Below are positions 8,678-18,330 of a DNA stretch of 64,000 nt, piece by piece. Position 1 is the first letter of the stretch. Each line of letters begins with the position of its first letter. The notes under the pieces were generated by a model. The model saw only the letters and a list, made by a program, of their open reading frames with translations, was not told the origin of the DNA and did no database searches. The stretch spans positions 96,001 through 160,000 of the forward strand of contig CAWEZH010000001.1 of NCBI GenBank assembly GCA_963813535.1, in the 5' to 3' direction. The stretch comes from an uncultured Chloroflexia bacterium (GTDB lineage Bacteria; Chloroflexota; Limnocylindria; Limnocylindrales; CSP1-4). The translations under genes and the position numbers were made by a program.

Positions 8678-10231
8678 CTAGTCCAGCATCCCGTAAGCGC
8701 GAAGGGTCAGAAAGTCGGCGAAGGCGTCGTCGAGGACGAGGTGGTCGAGCAGGTCCCAGGCGTCCTTGAGTCTCCCCTCGCGAATGCCGCCGAGTCGCTC
8801 CAGCTCCTCGTCACGGACGGCCGCGTACCGTTCGATCGATAGCACACCGCGCACGCGCCAGAGCCACAGCTGCGAACGCGCGATCTCGGCGGTCGCGGCG
8901 TCCTCCATGAGATTGTCGATCGCGGCCGCACCCGTGCCGCGCAGCCACGAGTCGAGGTACGCGAGGGCCACGCGCACGTTCGCGCGGATCCCGGCGTCGG
9001 TGACCTCGCCGCCCGGGACCGTGAAGTCCACGAGGGCAGATGCCTCCACGGACACCTCCGGCCGGAGCCGATCCTTCTGGTTCGGCAATGACCCGAGCAC
9101 CTGGTCGAAGATCTCCGTCGCGACCGGAACGAGGTCCGGATGCGCGACCCACGTCCCGTCGAAGCCATCGCGGGACTCGCGTTCCTTGTCGTCGCGCACC
9201 TTGGCGAGCGCGTTCTCGGTCACCTCCGGGTCGCGCCGGTTCGGGATGAACGCGGCCATGCCGCCGATCGCGTGCGCGCCGCGTCGATGGCACGTGGCGA
9301 CCAACCGTTCCGTGTAGGCGCGCATGAACGGCACGGTCATCGTGAGCTGCGACCGATCCGGCGACGACAGCGACGGCGACGAGCGGAACCGCTTGATGAC
9401 GCTGAACAGGTAGTCCCAGCGACCCGCGTTCAAACCGGCGGCGTGCTCGCGCAGCTCGTACAGGATCTCGTCCATCTCGAAGGCGGCCGTGATCGTCTCG
9501 ATCAGCACGGTCGCGCGGATCGAGCCGCGCGGGACGCCGAGCCGCTCCTGCGCCCACACGAACACCTCATTCCACAGCCGCGCTTCGTGATGCGACTCGA
9601 GCTTGGGCAGGTACAGGTACGGCCCCGAGCCACGTGCCACCCGCTCGGCGGCGTTGTGGAACAGGTACAGGCCGGCATCGAACAGTGAGGCCGACACCGG
9701 CACGCCGTCGACGAGGACGTGCGACTCGACGAGATGCCACCCGCGCGGTCGGACAACGAGCTGGGCGATGGTGTCGGCCAGCCGGTAGGACTTGCCCTCG
9801 GGCAATTCGAACGTGAGGGTGCCCCGGACAGCATCGATCAGGGCGGCCTGGCCGCCAACCACGTTCGCCCAGGTCGGCGAGAGCGCGTCCTCGAGGTCGG
9901 CCATGAACACGCGAGCACCCGAATTGAGCGCGTTGATCAGCATCTTCGGCTCGGCAGGACCGGTGATCTCGACCCGCCGGTCGTCGAAGTCGGCCGGGGC
10001 AGGCGCGACCGTCCACTCCGACTCGCGGATCCCGCGCGTGGCGGTCGGGAAGTCGAGCGGCGTTCCGGCATCGAGCTCCGCCTGACGCTCCTGGCGCCGG
10101 TGAAGAAGGTCGATGCGCACCTGGCCGAACCGCCGCTGGAGGTCGGCGATGAAGGCAAGGGCATCGTCGGTCAGGACGCGTTCAGCGCCGTCGACCGGCG
10201 GACCCGTGACGACCAGGCCGTCCAGTGCCAT
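8678..10231 (-). CDS. aceB: Malate synthase A
   Basis: [58 protein letters not shown]. Confidence 0.96.
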   Translation of the reverse strand: MALDGLVVTGPPVDGAERVLTDDALAFIADLQRRFGQVRIDLLHRRQERQAELDAGTPLDFPTATRGIRESEWTVAPAPADFDDRRVEITGPAEPKMLINALNSGARVFMADLEDALSPTWANVVGGQAALIDAVRGTLTFELPEGKSYRLADTIAQLVVRPRGWHLVESHVLVDGVPVSASLFDAGLYLFHNAAERVARGSGPYLYLPKLESHHEARLWNEVFVWAQERLGVPRGSIRATVLIETITAAFEMDEILYELREHAAGLNAGRWDYLFSVIKRFRSSPSLSSPDRSQLTMTVPFMRAYTERLVATCHRRGAHAIGGMAAFIPNRRDPEVTENALAKVRDDKERESRDGFDGTWVAHPDLVPVATEIFDQVLGSLPNQKDRLRPEVSVEASALVDFTVPGGEVTDAGIRANVRVALAYLDSWLRGTGAAAIDNLMEDAATAEIARSQLWLWRVRGVLSIERYAAVRDEELERLGGIREGRLKDAWDLLDHLVLDDAFADFLTLRAYGMLD

Positions 10232-11079
10232 CAGGTCATCCCGGATCGTCGGACGGTCGCCTCGATCAGGCCGTGCGGCTCGGTGGTCGCGATGTAGACG
10301 GTCTTGTCGTTCGCGATCTCCATCGGCGACAGGTCGGCGAGCCAGTGATGGAGGTTGGGCAGCACCATCCGGACCTCGTCGAGCTCCTCGTGCCGCTCGA
10401 GCATCGCCTTTGCCATGATCCAGATGCTCGTCTGGACGCTGGGACTGTCGTGGTCGGCGAAGACCTCGAGCAGCGTCGTGCGCACATCGAGGAACGCAGC
10501 ATCGAGGTCGAGATCGGGCGCGCCGTACCGCCAGATGGCGGTCAGCTTCGTCGCCATCAGCCGGTCGTCGGTCTCGGGGAGCGTGGTGTAGCGGTCGCGC
10601 GGGAAGCCCTCGAACGCCGAGCGCGTGGTCTTCATGACGACGAGGTCCTCGACCCCGGCCTCGATGGTCGTCTCGGCAGGGCTCGCGGCGATGGTCGCCA
10701 CCCGGGTGCCCTCGCCGCCCTTGACGAACGCATCCGTCGCCGGGCTGCCCGCGACGTCGATCGGCTGCCAGTGGTGGGCGCGGATATTGACGGTCGCGCG
10801 GTCCACCTGGTCGAACCCCAGGAAGTGCTCAGCGAGTGCCTTGCCGTACGACTCGATCGCCCCGTCGAGATGGTCCAGCGCGAAGGCATAGGCAGTGTTC
10901 TTCATCGTGTCTGTCGCGACGACCATCGAGTTGTCGCCATCCGTGTGGGCCGAGGTGAAATCGCCCTCGAGGGCGATGGCCACCGTCAGATCGTGCAGCC
11001 GATGCGGGCTCGTGTCACGGCCGACGCGGACGACTCGGATGGCGGCCTTGCCGTAGCGATTGGCGCCCAGCTCGATCAC
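10231..11079 (-). CDS. pucL: Factor-independent urate oxidase (uricase)
   Basis: [52 protein letters not shown]. Confidence 0.96.
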   Translation of the reverse strand: MIELGANRYGKAAIRVVRVGRDTSPHRLHDLTVAIALEGDFTSAHTDGDNSMVVATDTMKNTAYAFALDHLDGAIESYGKALAEHFLGFDQVDRATVNIRAHHWQPIDVAGSPATDAFVKGGEGTRVATIAASPAETTIEAGVEDLVVMKTTRSAFEGFPRDRYTTLPETDDRLMATKLTAIWRYGAPDLDLDAAFLDVRTTLLEVFADHDSPSVQTSIWIMAKAMLERHEELDEVRMVLPNLHHWLADLSPMEIANDKTVYIATTEPHGLIEATVRRSGMT

Positions 11080-11555
11080 GTGGACAGCTTCGCATGGCGG
11101 TCGATGGCGATGTCGACGACGGCGTCGAGGGCACGGTGGAGCTCGTCGGTGCGGTCCTCTTCGAGCGCGGCGGCCATCCCGGGGAGCAGCGCCTCGCGCG
11201 GTCGACCGGCCACGAAAACGCAGTACCGGAAGCCGTGGCGAGCCTCGTACGCGTCGTTGAGTCGCTCCAGTTCGGCGGCGACATCGACGTCGGCGCCGTG
11301 CCGGCTCCCCGGTCGTACCCCTGCTCGACGTAGCTCAATCGCCGACACCGTCCCGGGCGGCGCCCCAAGTCGAGGATGCGCATCGACCAGCTCGATCTGT
11401 TCGTCCTCCGGCATCTCGTGGGCGATCGCGCGGGCGGCGGCGAACAGCGCCTCGTCGTCGGCGTAGGGCCCGGCTGCGTGAAGGCGTGCGAGGAACCGGG
11501 GCGCGCCCTCGAACAGCGGTGCCATCTCTGCCGGGTTGGCTGCCCGGACAGTCAC
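11076..11555 (-). CDS. uraD: OHCU decarboxylase with a locally frameshifted segment
   Basis: LFE, AHPRLG, LNDAYEARHGFRY.VFV. The conserved SxxEQ motif (LSYVEQG) is in the adjacent frame at about 11300-11340. GTGA coupling at both ends. Confidence 0.85.
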   Translation of the reverse strand: MTVRAANPAEMAPLFEGAPRFLARLHAAGPYADDEALFAAARAIAHEMPEDEQIELVDAHPRLGAPPGTVSAIELRRAGVRPGSRHGADVDVAAELERLNDAYEARHGFRYCVFVAGRPREALLPGMAAALEEDRTDELHRALDAVVDIAIDRHAKLST

Positions 11556-12538
11556 GGCGCCGTTTCCGGTCGCCAGGCCGGGAACGAATCGTAGGCGCCT
11601 TCGGTGAGGTAGATCGGTTCCTCGGTCCCGAGGACGATCGCGATGCGCGACCCGGTTCTGCCACCGTCGTTCGTGTAGGCGAGCCAGTCGCCCGACGGCG
11701 ACCACGATGGCGGCCAGTGGTCGTTCTCGGGCGTGTTCGTGAGGAGCGTCGGGCCCCGAGCGCCGTCTGGTCCGACCGTGTAGATATCTTCGTTCCAGGT
11801 CGCCGGATCGCTGTTCGCGTAGTCATTCGCGCTTGACACGAACGCGATCGCACCGAGCGAGTTGACCGCACCCTCCGAGGCGTTCGGGACCTGGATCGGC
11901 AGGATGTCGGGTTCGCCGCCCTCGACGCTGACATACGCCAGCTCGGTATCCGTGAAGTCGGCCCCCACAGTGACCAACAGGCGCTTCCCGTCCGGTGTCC
12001 ACGAGGGCCAGTTCCCGTCGCTGACGCGCCGTGCGTCGTCGGCTCCGTCCGACGAGCGGATCCACACGCTCGGCGCTCCCTGCCAGTCGTCGACGTACGC
12101 GATCAAGCGACCGTCGGGCGACCACGCGGGAGCGCCTTCGATGCCGGGGCCATCGGTGAGCTGGGTCAGGTGTCGGTCGGCTGCGGCCGGATCTGCATCG
12201 ATGAGCCAGATATCACCGCTCGTCGCGCTCTCGATGCTGACGAACGCCAGCCGGGAGCCGTCAGGCGACCAGGCCGTGAACAGCTCGATCTCGGGCGTGT
12301 CGGTCAGGCGCTGCAGGTCCGATCCGTCGGTCGCGACGCTCCAGATGTCGCCACCGGTCGGCGTGTTCGCCGAGGGATCGAATACCGTGCGCGCGAAGGC
12401 GATCCGCCCGTCGGGCGGCCTGGCAGCACTCGGCTCCGGGCTCGCAGGAGGTGGCGTCGACGGAGATGTGGCGGCCTGGCCGGCGCAGCCCGTCAGGATG
12501 CCGAGACCGAGCAGCGCGACGAGCGATGGCCGGTTCAC
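11552..12538 (-). CDS. TolB-like PD40 beta-propeller lipoprotein
   Basis: Lipobox ILTGC, Ser/Pro linker and repeated WSPDG motifs. Confidence 0.88.
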   Translation of the reverse strand: MNRPSLVALLGLGILTGCAGQAATSPSTPPPASPEPSAARPPDGRIAFARTVFDPSANTPTGGDIWSVATDGSDLQRLTDTPEIELFTAWSPDGSRLAFVSIESATSGDIWLIDADPAAADRHLTQLTDGPGIEGAPAWSPDGRLIAYVDDWQGAPSVWIRSSDGADDARRVSDGNWPSWTPDGKRLLVTVGADFTDTELAYVSVEGGEPDILPIQVPNASEGAVNSLGAIAFVSSANDYANSDPATWNEDIYTVGPDGARGPTLLTNTPENDHWPPSWSPSGDWLAYTNDGGRTGSRIAIVLGTEEPIYLTEGAYDSFPAWRPETAP

Positions 12539-13395
12539 CAGCCGCCGGCGTCGCGGATGATGCGATGGAGCACCCGCGCGGCCACGAGGCGGCGGTACTC
12601 GGCAGTCGACCGGACGTCATCGATGGGTGCCAGCTCACCGGCGAGCGTCTCCGCCGCCAGATCCGCACTCTCGGGGTTGGGTGCTCGACCGTCCAGGGCC
12701 GCCTCTGTCGCCGCGGCACGGATCGGCGTGGCCGCCACGGAGCCCAGTGCCACGCGCACCTCGCGCCACGCGCCATCACCCTGCCATGCGACGCTCATCA
12801 CGACCTTGCTGATCGACTGCGCGCGGCGCGTCCCGACCTTCCGGAAGCGCATCTCCCGGTCCGACGCCAACGGGATGCGGATCCGAAGGACCAGTTCGTC
12901 GTGGGCGAGGGAGGTCTGCCGGTAGCCCGTCCAGAACTGCGCGGCCGGTACCTCGCGCTCACCCCGTTCCGAGCCGACCACGATCACCGCGTCTCCGGCG
13001 AGCAGTACGGGCAGGGTGTCGCCGGCGGGCGACGCGTTGGCGATGTTGCCCCCGAGGGTGCCGCGATTCTGGATCTGGGCGGCGCCGATCGTCGCGGCCG
13101 CATCGACCAGGGCCGGGACGTGCTCGCGGCACATCGCCGAACGGCGGATGTCCGTGTAGGTCGTCAGCGATCCCAGGGTCAGCGCGTCGCCGTCGATGGC
13201 GGTGCCCCGCAGCTCGTCGATGGCCCACAGGTCGACGACGCTGTCCGGCGCCGAGCCGAGCTCTCCGGTCAGCGCGACCATCAAGTCGGTGCCGCCGGCG
13301 ATCGGGCGGACGGGCGTCTCGGCGGAGCCGCTCGCCAGCGCGGCGTAGGCATCCGCGAGGGTGCGCGGGCTGGTGACGGGTGGCTCGATCGGCAT
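12535..13395 (-). CDS. Xanthine dehydrogenase family FAD-binding subunit
   Basis: IAGGTDL, IGAAQIQNRGTLGGNIANASPAGD, PIDDVRSTAEYR. Start placed at ATG 13395. Confidence 0.93.
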   Translation of the reverse strand: MPIEPPVTSPRTLADAYAALASGSAETPVRPIAGGTDLMVALTGELGSAPDSVVDLWAIDELRGTAIDGDALTLGSLTTYTDIRRSAMCREHVPALVDAAATIGAAQIQNRGTLGGNIANASPAGDTLPVLLAGDAVIVVGSERGEREVPAAQFWTGYRQTSLAHDELVLRIRIPLASDREMRFRKVGTRRAQSISKVVMSVAWQGDGAWREVRVALGSVAATPIRAAATEAALDGRAPNPESADLAAETLAGELAPIDDVRSTAEYRRLVAARVLHRIIRDAGGW

Positions 13396-13432
13396 CGATG
13401 CTCGGTCGGCGCTTCGGTGGGACGCGGCCCGG

Positions 13433-13657
13433 TCAGCCGCCTCGACCGCGCCGGCGGCCGAGGACGAGCAGGACCAGCGCCGCCAGGATCCCGAATCCGG
13501 CGATGACCTGGCCCGGAGACACCGACGGGGCGGCGGCGGCAGGTGGGGCAGCGGTGTCGGCCGCGTCGTCGGCCGGCGACGCATCGACGGCGTCGTCGCT
13601 GAGTGCCGGGCGATGTCCGTTGGTCGGCACCGCCACGCGATCCGTGGATGGGTTCAC
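13433..13657 (-). CDS. 74-aa protein with an acidic Ala/Pro linker and a C-terminal TM helix plus Arg tail
   Basis: MNPSTDRVAVPTNGHRPALSDDAVDASPADDAADTAAPPAAAAPSVSPGQVIAGFGILAALVLLVLGRRRGRGG. The GTG overlaps the stop of the Fe-S subunit gene (GTGA). Confidence 0.65.
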   Translation of the reverse strand: MNPSTDRVAVPTNGHRPALSDDAVDASPADDAADTAAPPAAAAPSVSPGQVIAGFGILAALVLLVLGRRRGRGG

Positions 13658-14154
13658 GGTACGGGTCCTCCACTTGCGACGAGAGCGATCGCGTCGACGA
13701 TCTTCGTGTAGCCCGTGCAGCGGCACAGGTTGCCGGCGATCGACTCCCGGATCGCATCCTCGTCGGGTCCGCCGCCTGCGTCGAGATACGCGCGGGCGGC
13801 CATCAACATGCCGGGCGTGCAGATGCCGCATTGGGCACCACCGGTCACCAGGAACGCCCGCTGCAGCGCGTCGAGCTCCGGGGCGTTGGCGGCGACGCCG
13901 GTCGTCGCAGGCGCCGGCGCGAGCCCCTCGACGGTCCGGATCTCCATGCCGACGACCTGGCAGATGGGGACGAGGCATGAATCGACGGGCGCGCCGTCGA
14001 CCAGGACCGTGCAGGCGCCGCACTCCCCTTCCCCACAGCCTTCCTTCGTGCCGGTGAGAGCGAGATCCTCGCGGATCACGTCGAGGAGACGTCGCATGCC
14101 GGGGACATCGACCTCGACTGCTGTGCCGTTGACCGAGAGGCGGTAGGCCGTCAC
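13654..14154 (-). CDS. Xanthine dehydrogenase family [2Fe-2S] subunit
   Basis: GTKEGCGEGECGAC, SC, QCGICTPG, GNLCRCTGY. Confidence 0.96.
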   Translation of the reverse strand: MTAYRLSVNGTAVEVDVPGMRRLLDVIREDLALTGTKEGCGEGECGACTVLVDGAPVDSCLVPICQVVGMEIRTVEGLAPAPATTGVAANAPELDALQRAFLVTGGAQCGICTPGMLMAARAYLDAGGGPDEDAIRESIAGNLCRCTGYTKIVDAIALVASGGPVP

Positions 14155-16488
14155 GAGGCCCGCTCACGGATCGGCTCCGACTCGGCGGGCCGACGACCGG
14201 CCACATCGGGCCGACGCGCCATGGCGGCGATGACCCGCTCCGGACTTGCCGGCAGGTCGGTGATCCAGACTCCGGTCGCGTCGGCGATCGCGGCCACGAC
14301 GGCCGGCGCCCCGACGTCCATCGGGAGCTCCCCGACGCCCTTGGCGCCGTGGGGCGCGCCCGCGAACGGTGCCTCGACGAGGATCGTCGAGATGCGGGGC
14401 GCATCGAGCGCGGTCGGGATGATGTAGGTCGCGAGGCGATCGTTCAGATAGCGCCCGTCGCGCAGCTTGATCTCCTCGATCGTGGCGTAGCCGACGGCCT
14501 GCAGCGTGCCACCCTCGACCTGGCCCTCTGCGAGAACGGGATGGATCACGTGACCGATGTCGTCGGCCGCGACGACGTCCCGCACGTGCACCTCGCCGGT
14601 GTCGAGGTCGACGTCGACATGGGCCACGCAGGCCGCCCAGCCGAATGCCGGATATGCGTCGCCCGTATACGTCGCGTCGTCGAATGGCGTGCCGCCGGGG
14701 TACGGCTCGAACTGCTGGTCGATCCGGGTGGTGCCGTGATCTCGGGCGTAGGTCGACGCCGTCTCGGCGAACGAACCGCCGCGTCTCGGACTCGACCTGC
14801 TCGCGCAGCCGTTGCGCCGCCTTGATCAGCAGGCCACCGACGACCATCGCGGTGCGCGATGCGACGGTCGGCCCGGAGTCGGGGACGTAGGCGGTGTCCT
14901 GTGGAGCGATCTCGACCTCGCTCTCGTCGAGCCCGAGTGCCTCCGCGACGAGCTGCGGGAAGATCGTCTTGGTGCCCTGACCCATCTCGGTCGACGCGGT
15001 CAAGATTCGCACCCGACCCTCGGCGGTCAGCTCGATCGAGGCGACCGACGCGAGCTTCACCTCGCCCGAGCCGGTGAACCCCGCGCCGTGCCAGGCCAGG
15101 GCAAGCCCGACGCCCGAGGCCAGCCGATCCGGCTGGGTCCGCAGCGCCGACGCGGGGACCGTTCCCGAGCCGGCGCGCCCACGCCGCGCGTCATCGGTCC
15201 GTGTCCGCATGTGGACGAACTCCGCGGCCTCGGCGGCCCGTTCGAGGACCTCCTCGCCGGCGACACTGTCACGCAGCACCTGCCCGGTCGGGGTCGTGTC
15301 TCCGGGGCGGTACACGTTGCGCCGCCGGATGTCGAGCGGCGAGATGTCGAGTCGCTCGGCGATCCGGTTGAGGTGGGTCTCGGCGGCGAACTCGGTCTGC
15401 GGGGCCCCGAAGCCGCGGAATGCGCCGTTCGGCGGCGTGTTCGTCCGGGTCGCCTTGGCGCGGATGCGCACGTTCGGACACCGATACGGCCCGCCGGCAT
15501 GGATCGCGCCGCGCGACAGGACGACCGGCGTCAGCGTGCAGTACGCCCCACCGTCCATCACGACGTCGATCTCCTGTGCGATCAGCACCCCATCGTGGGT
15601 CACCCCGGTCCGGTGACGGACGATGGCCGGGTGTCGCTTGGTGGTGGCCGCGATGTCCTCGTGGCGGTCGTAGATCATGCGGACCGGCTTCTGCGCCTTC
15701 CTGGCAAGCAGCGCCGCATGGAGCGCGATGACGGACGGGAACTCCTCCTTCCCACCGAAGCCACCACCGGTCTCCGCCTGGACGACCCGGGCGCCGTCAT
15801 CGTCGAGCCCGAGACCGCGCTTCAGCGCTGCGTGGACGTAGTACGGGCACTGGAGCGAGCCGGTGACGGTGACGCCGCTCTCCGTCGGCACGGCGATCAT
15901 CGCGTTGTTCTCGATGTAGAGCTGCTCCTGGTGGCCCACGCGGTACTCGCCCTCGAGGATGAGGTCCGCGGCGGCGAACGCGGCATCCGGATCACCGCGG
16001 TCGATGGCGTACGCGGCGAAGACGTGGTCCGAGGAGTCAGGCTCGAAGACGGCCGGGAGCTTGGTGGTCCGGGGTGTGACCCGGCGCCTCGCTTCGCGCA
16101 GCGTGGCTCGATCCGGCGCGGCGACCAGCGCCAGCGGTTCCGCGTGATGGAGGATCTCGCCGCCGATCGGGACGAGGATCGGCTGGTCGTTCTTGATGGA
16201 GCTGACGATGTTGTCGCCCGGGATGTCGTCGGCGGTGACGACCACGACCCCTGACCAGTCGAACGCCGGATCGAGGTCGAGCGCGTCGAAGGTGGCGTGC
16301 GCGTCGGTCGAGCGGATCGTGGCGCCGTACCACGCGCCGGGGACGACGATGTCATCCGTATACAGCGCGGTCCCGGTCAGCTTGGCCGGGCCTTCCCGAC
16401 GAAGCGGCGCCGGCGGGCGGGCACGACCAGGGAGCGTGGTCCCGGGCGTGATGACGAGCGCGTCGGGGGCGGACGTCCGAGTCGTCAT
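14151..16488 (-). CDS. Xanthine dehydrogenase family molybdopterin-binding subunit, split by a 1-nt frameshift near 14781
   Basis: 5' frame: GGGFGGK, GAFRGFG, TEMGQG, SGPTVASR. 3' frame: YPAFGWAACVAHVDVD..TGEV, GQVEGG, GAKGVGE. Removing one base near 14781 joins them. Confidence 0.9.
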
Positions 16489-16681
16489 GCGGAGGGACGA
16501 TACCATCGGTCCGAGTTACGAACGGGCTGCCACAGGAGGCCTCGGTTCGGTGCGAAGCCGCACCGAGAATTGGTCCCGGGGCCTTGTCCGATGGTCCCAA
16601 CGGCCTCATCTGCCCGTATCATCCCGGCGACTAGGGGCCTGGTTGCTGCCCGGGGCCTGGTCGAAGGGGGGTTAGCGATCC

Positions 16682-17941
16682 ATGAATCTTCCACCTGCCA
16701 CGGTCTTGCTCATCGTCTTCATCGCTGCCGTGGCGAACCTCCTGGTGCTTCTCGCGGTCTCCGCGAGAGCTCGAGCCGGGCGCGCCAAACACGTCGAGGT
16801 CGAGGGCTTCATGTCCTCGTCGTACGGCAAGGACGGCACTGACCTCGACCAGGTCCCTACGAGCACGGATGGGGGGACGTCGACCACGGATGTGTCGACG
16901 CCCACCCGTCGCTACCCATGGGCGAACGGCAATGCCTGGTCCTCGCCTGTCTACGTGTCCGCGGGATCCGGCGTGCCTCCGCCCGCCGGGCCGTTCGAAG
17001 ACCCCGCCCCCAGTGCGCTCGAACAGCGCTCGCTCAGCCTTGACGCGGCTGAGGCCGACGCGTCGGCCGAGGCGGCGGCGGCGATCGCCGAGATGGACGC
17101 CGACACGATCGTCGCTGACGGCACCGACGACACCGATGCCATCGATGACGTCATCGCCTCGGTGATGGACGTCGCCGATATGCCGATCGTTGCCGTCGGC
17201 GAGCCCGTCGACGCCGAGATGAACGACATGAACGAGGAGGAAGGATCGACGATGGATGCCCAAGCCGCGGACACCGCCGTGGACGTTCCCGATACCGCTG
17301 TGGACGCCCCGGACACCGCCATCGAACCCGCCGTCGACGAAGCCGTCGACGACATGCATGAGACCGCGACGACCGCGTCGATGATGACCGTGCGCGGCCG
17401 CGACCCGCTGACCGGACTGCTGGACGCCCTGGCCTTCGAGGAGGTCATGGCCCAGGAGGAGGCCCGCGAACAGCGCTATGGGCATCCGGCGACCTTCATC
17501 CTCTTCGAGCTCGACGGACTGCCGAAACTCGTCGATCGCCTCGGGGCCGAGACTGGGGACCGGATCGAGACCGCTCTGGGTGACACGATCAGGCGACTCG
17601 CCCGGCGCGCGGATCACGTGGCGCGGCTGGAGCGCGGCCGATACGCCTTTCTGCTCCCGGTGACCGATGAGGTGGCCGCCATCAACTACATCGAGCGCGT
17701 CCGGCGCGCGTGCGAGCTGTGGCTGGAGTCGGGCGCCATCGCGATGCGCCCGGCGATCGGCTGGGCGAGCACGAGCGGCGACGCCGGTCTGTCTGGTGCG
17801 GTCCGCATCGCGACGGATCGCATGCGCCAGGAGCTTCGACGGAACGCCCGACAGGCAGGCGACGGGACGCCCGGCGTGGAGTCACTCGAAGCCGAGTCCC
17901 CCGACGGCCCTGAGGCCGTCGATGCCGACGTCGCCGCGTAG
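16682..17941 (+). CDS. Membrane-anchored protein with an acidic linker and a degenerate GGDEF domain (paralogue 1)
   Basis: N-terminal TM helix, RDPLTGL, ELDGL, and ARLERGRYAFLL in place of RxGGDEF. Confidence 0.85.
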   Translation: MNLPPATVLLIVFIAAVANLLVLLAVSARARAGRAKHVEVEGFMSSSYGKDGTDLDQVPTSTDGGTSTTDVSTPTRRYPWANGNAWSSPVYVSAGSGVPPPAGPFEDPAPSALEQRSLSLDAAEADASAEAAAAIAEMDADTIVADGTDDTDAIDDVIASVMDVADMPIVAVGEPVDAEMNDMNEEEGSTMDAQAADTAVDVPDTAVDAPDTAIEPAVDEAVDDMHETATTASMMTVRGRDPLTGLLDALAFEEVMAQEEAREQRYGHPATFILFELDGLPKLVDRLGAETGDRIETALGDTIRRLARRADHVARLERGRYAFLLPVTDEVAAINYIERVRRACELWLESGAIAMRPAIGWASTSGDAGLSGAVRIATDRMRQELRRNARQAGDGTPGVESLEAESPDGPEAVDADVAA

Positions 17942-17970
17942 CACCCTTTCGGCGCCGAGGCGGATCTCGC

Positions 17971-18132
17971 GATCGGCGATGTTGCCCCCGCAGGGGATCT
18001 CGCGCTGGCGCAAACCACGGCGCATGGCCCTTGCGCCGGTCATCTCGTGGAGCGCGTGCGCCAGGGAGAGCAGCCGCGCATCGCGCACGACCTGGCCGAG
18101 GATGCGCACCTAGGGATCGTCCGTCCGCGGGC
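17971..18132 (-). pseudogene. Decayed duplicate fragment of the neighbouring D-aminoacylase gene
   Basis: Colinear with 19395-19556. RILGQVVRDARLLSLAHALHEMTGARAMRRGLRQREIPCGGNIAD versus RILGQFVRDDRLLSMEQAVHKMTGAAAARLGFRQRGTIREGNIAD. Confidence 0.85.
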
Positions 18133-18140
18133 CTGAACCC

Positions 18141-18180
18141 CACCAGACCGACCCGCTCTCCACCAGACCGCACCAGACTG
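18141..18180 (+). repeat. 10-bp phased direct repeats CACCAGACYG
   Basis: Copies start at 18141, 18161 and 18171. Confidence 0.7.
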
Positions 18181-18330
18181 CCCGGCACGGTGACACGCTG
18201 CACCGTGAATCGGTCCCGCCCGGTATCCCGGATCGTCCTTTGGCAGGACCGGCGCGTATCATCCACGCCCGCCGGACACCGCGGTCCGCCGCGAGCGGTC
18301 CGGAGTGACAGCGTGGGGGTCACCCAGGAC

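Noticed and set aside
12535-16488. Aerobic CO dehydrogenase
   Set aside because: No AYxCSFR active-site loop (AFRGFG instead), and the purine-catabolic context favours xanthine dehydrogenase.
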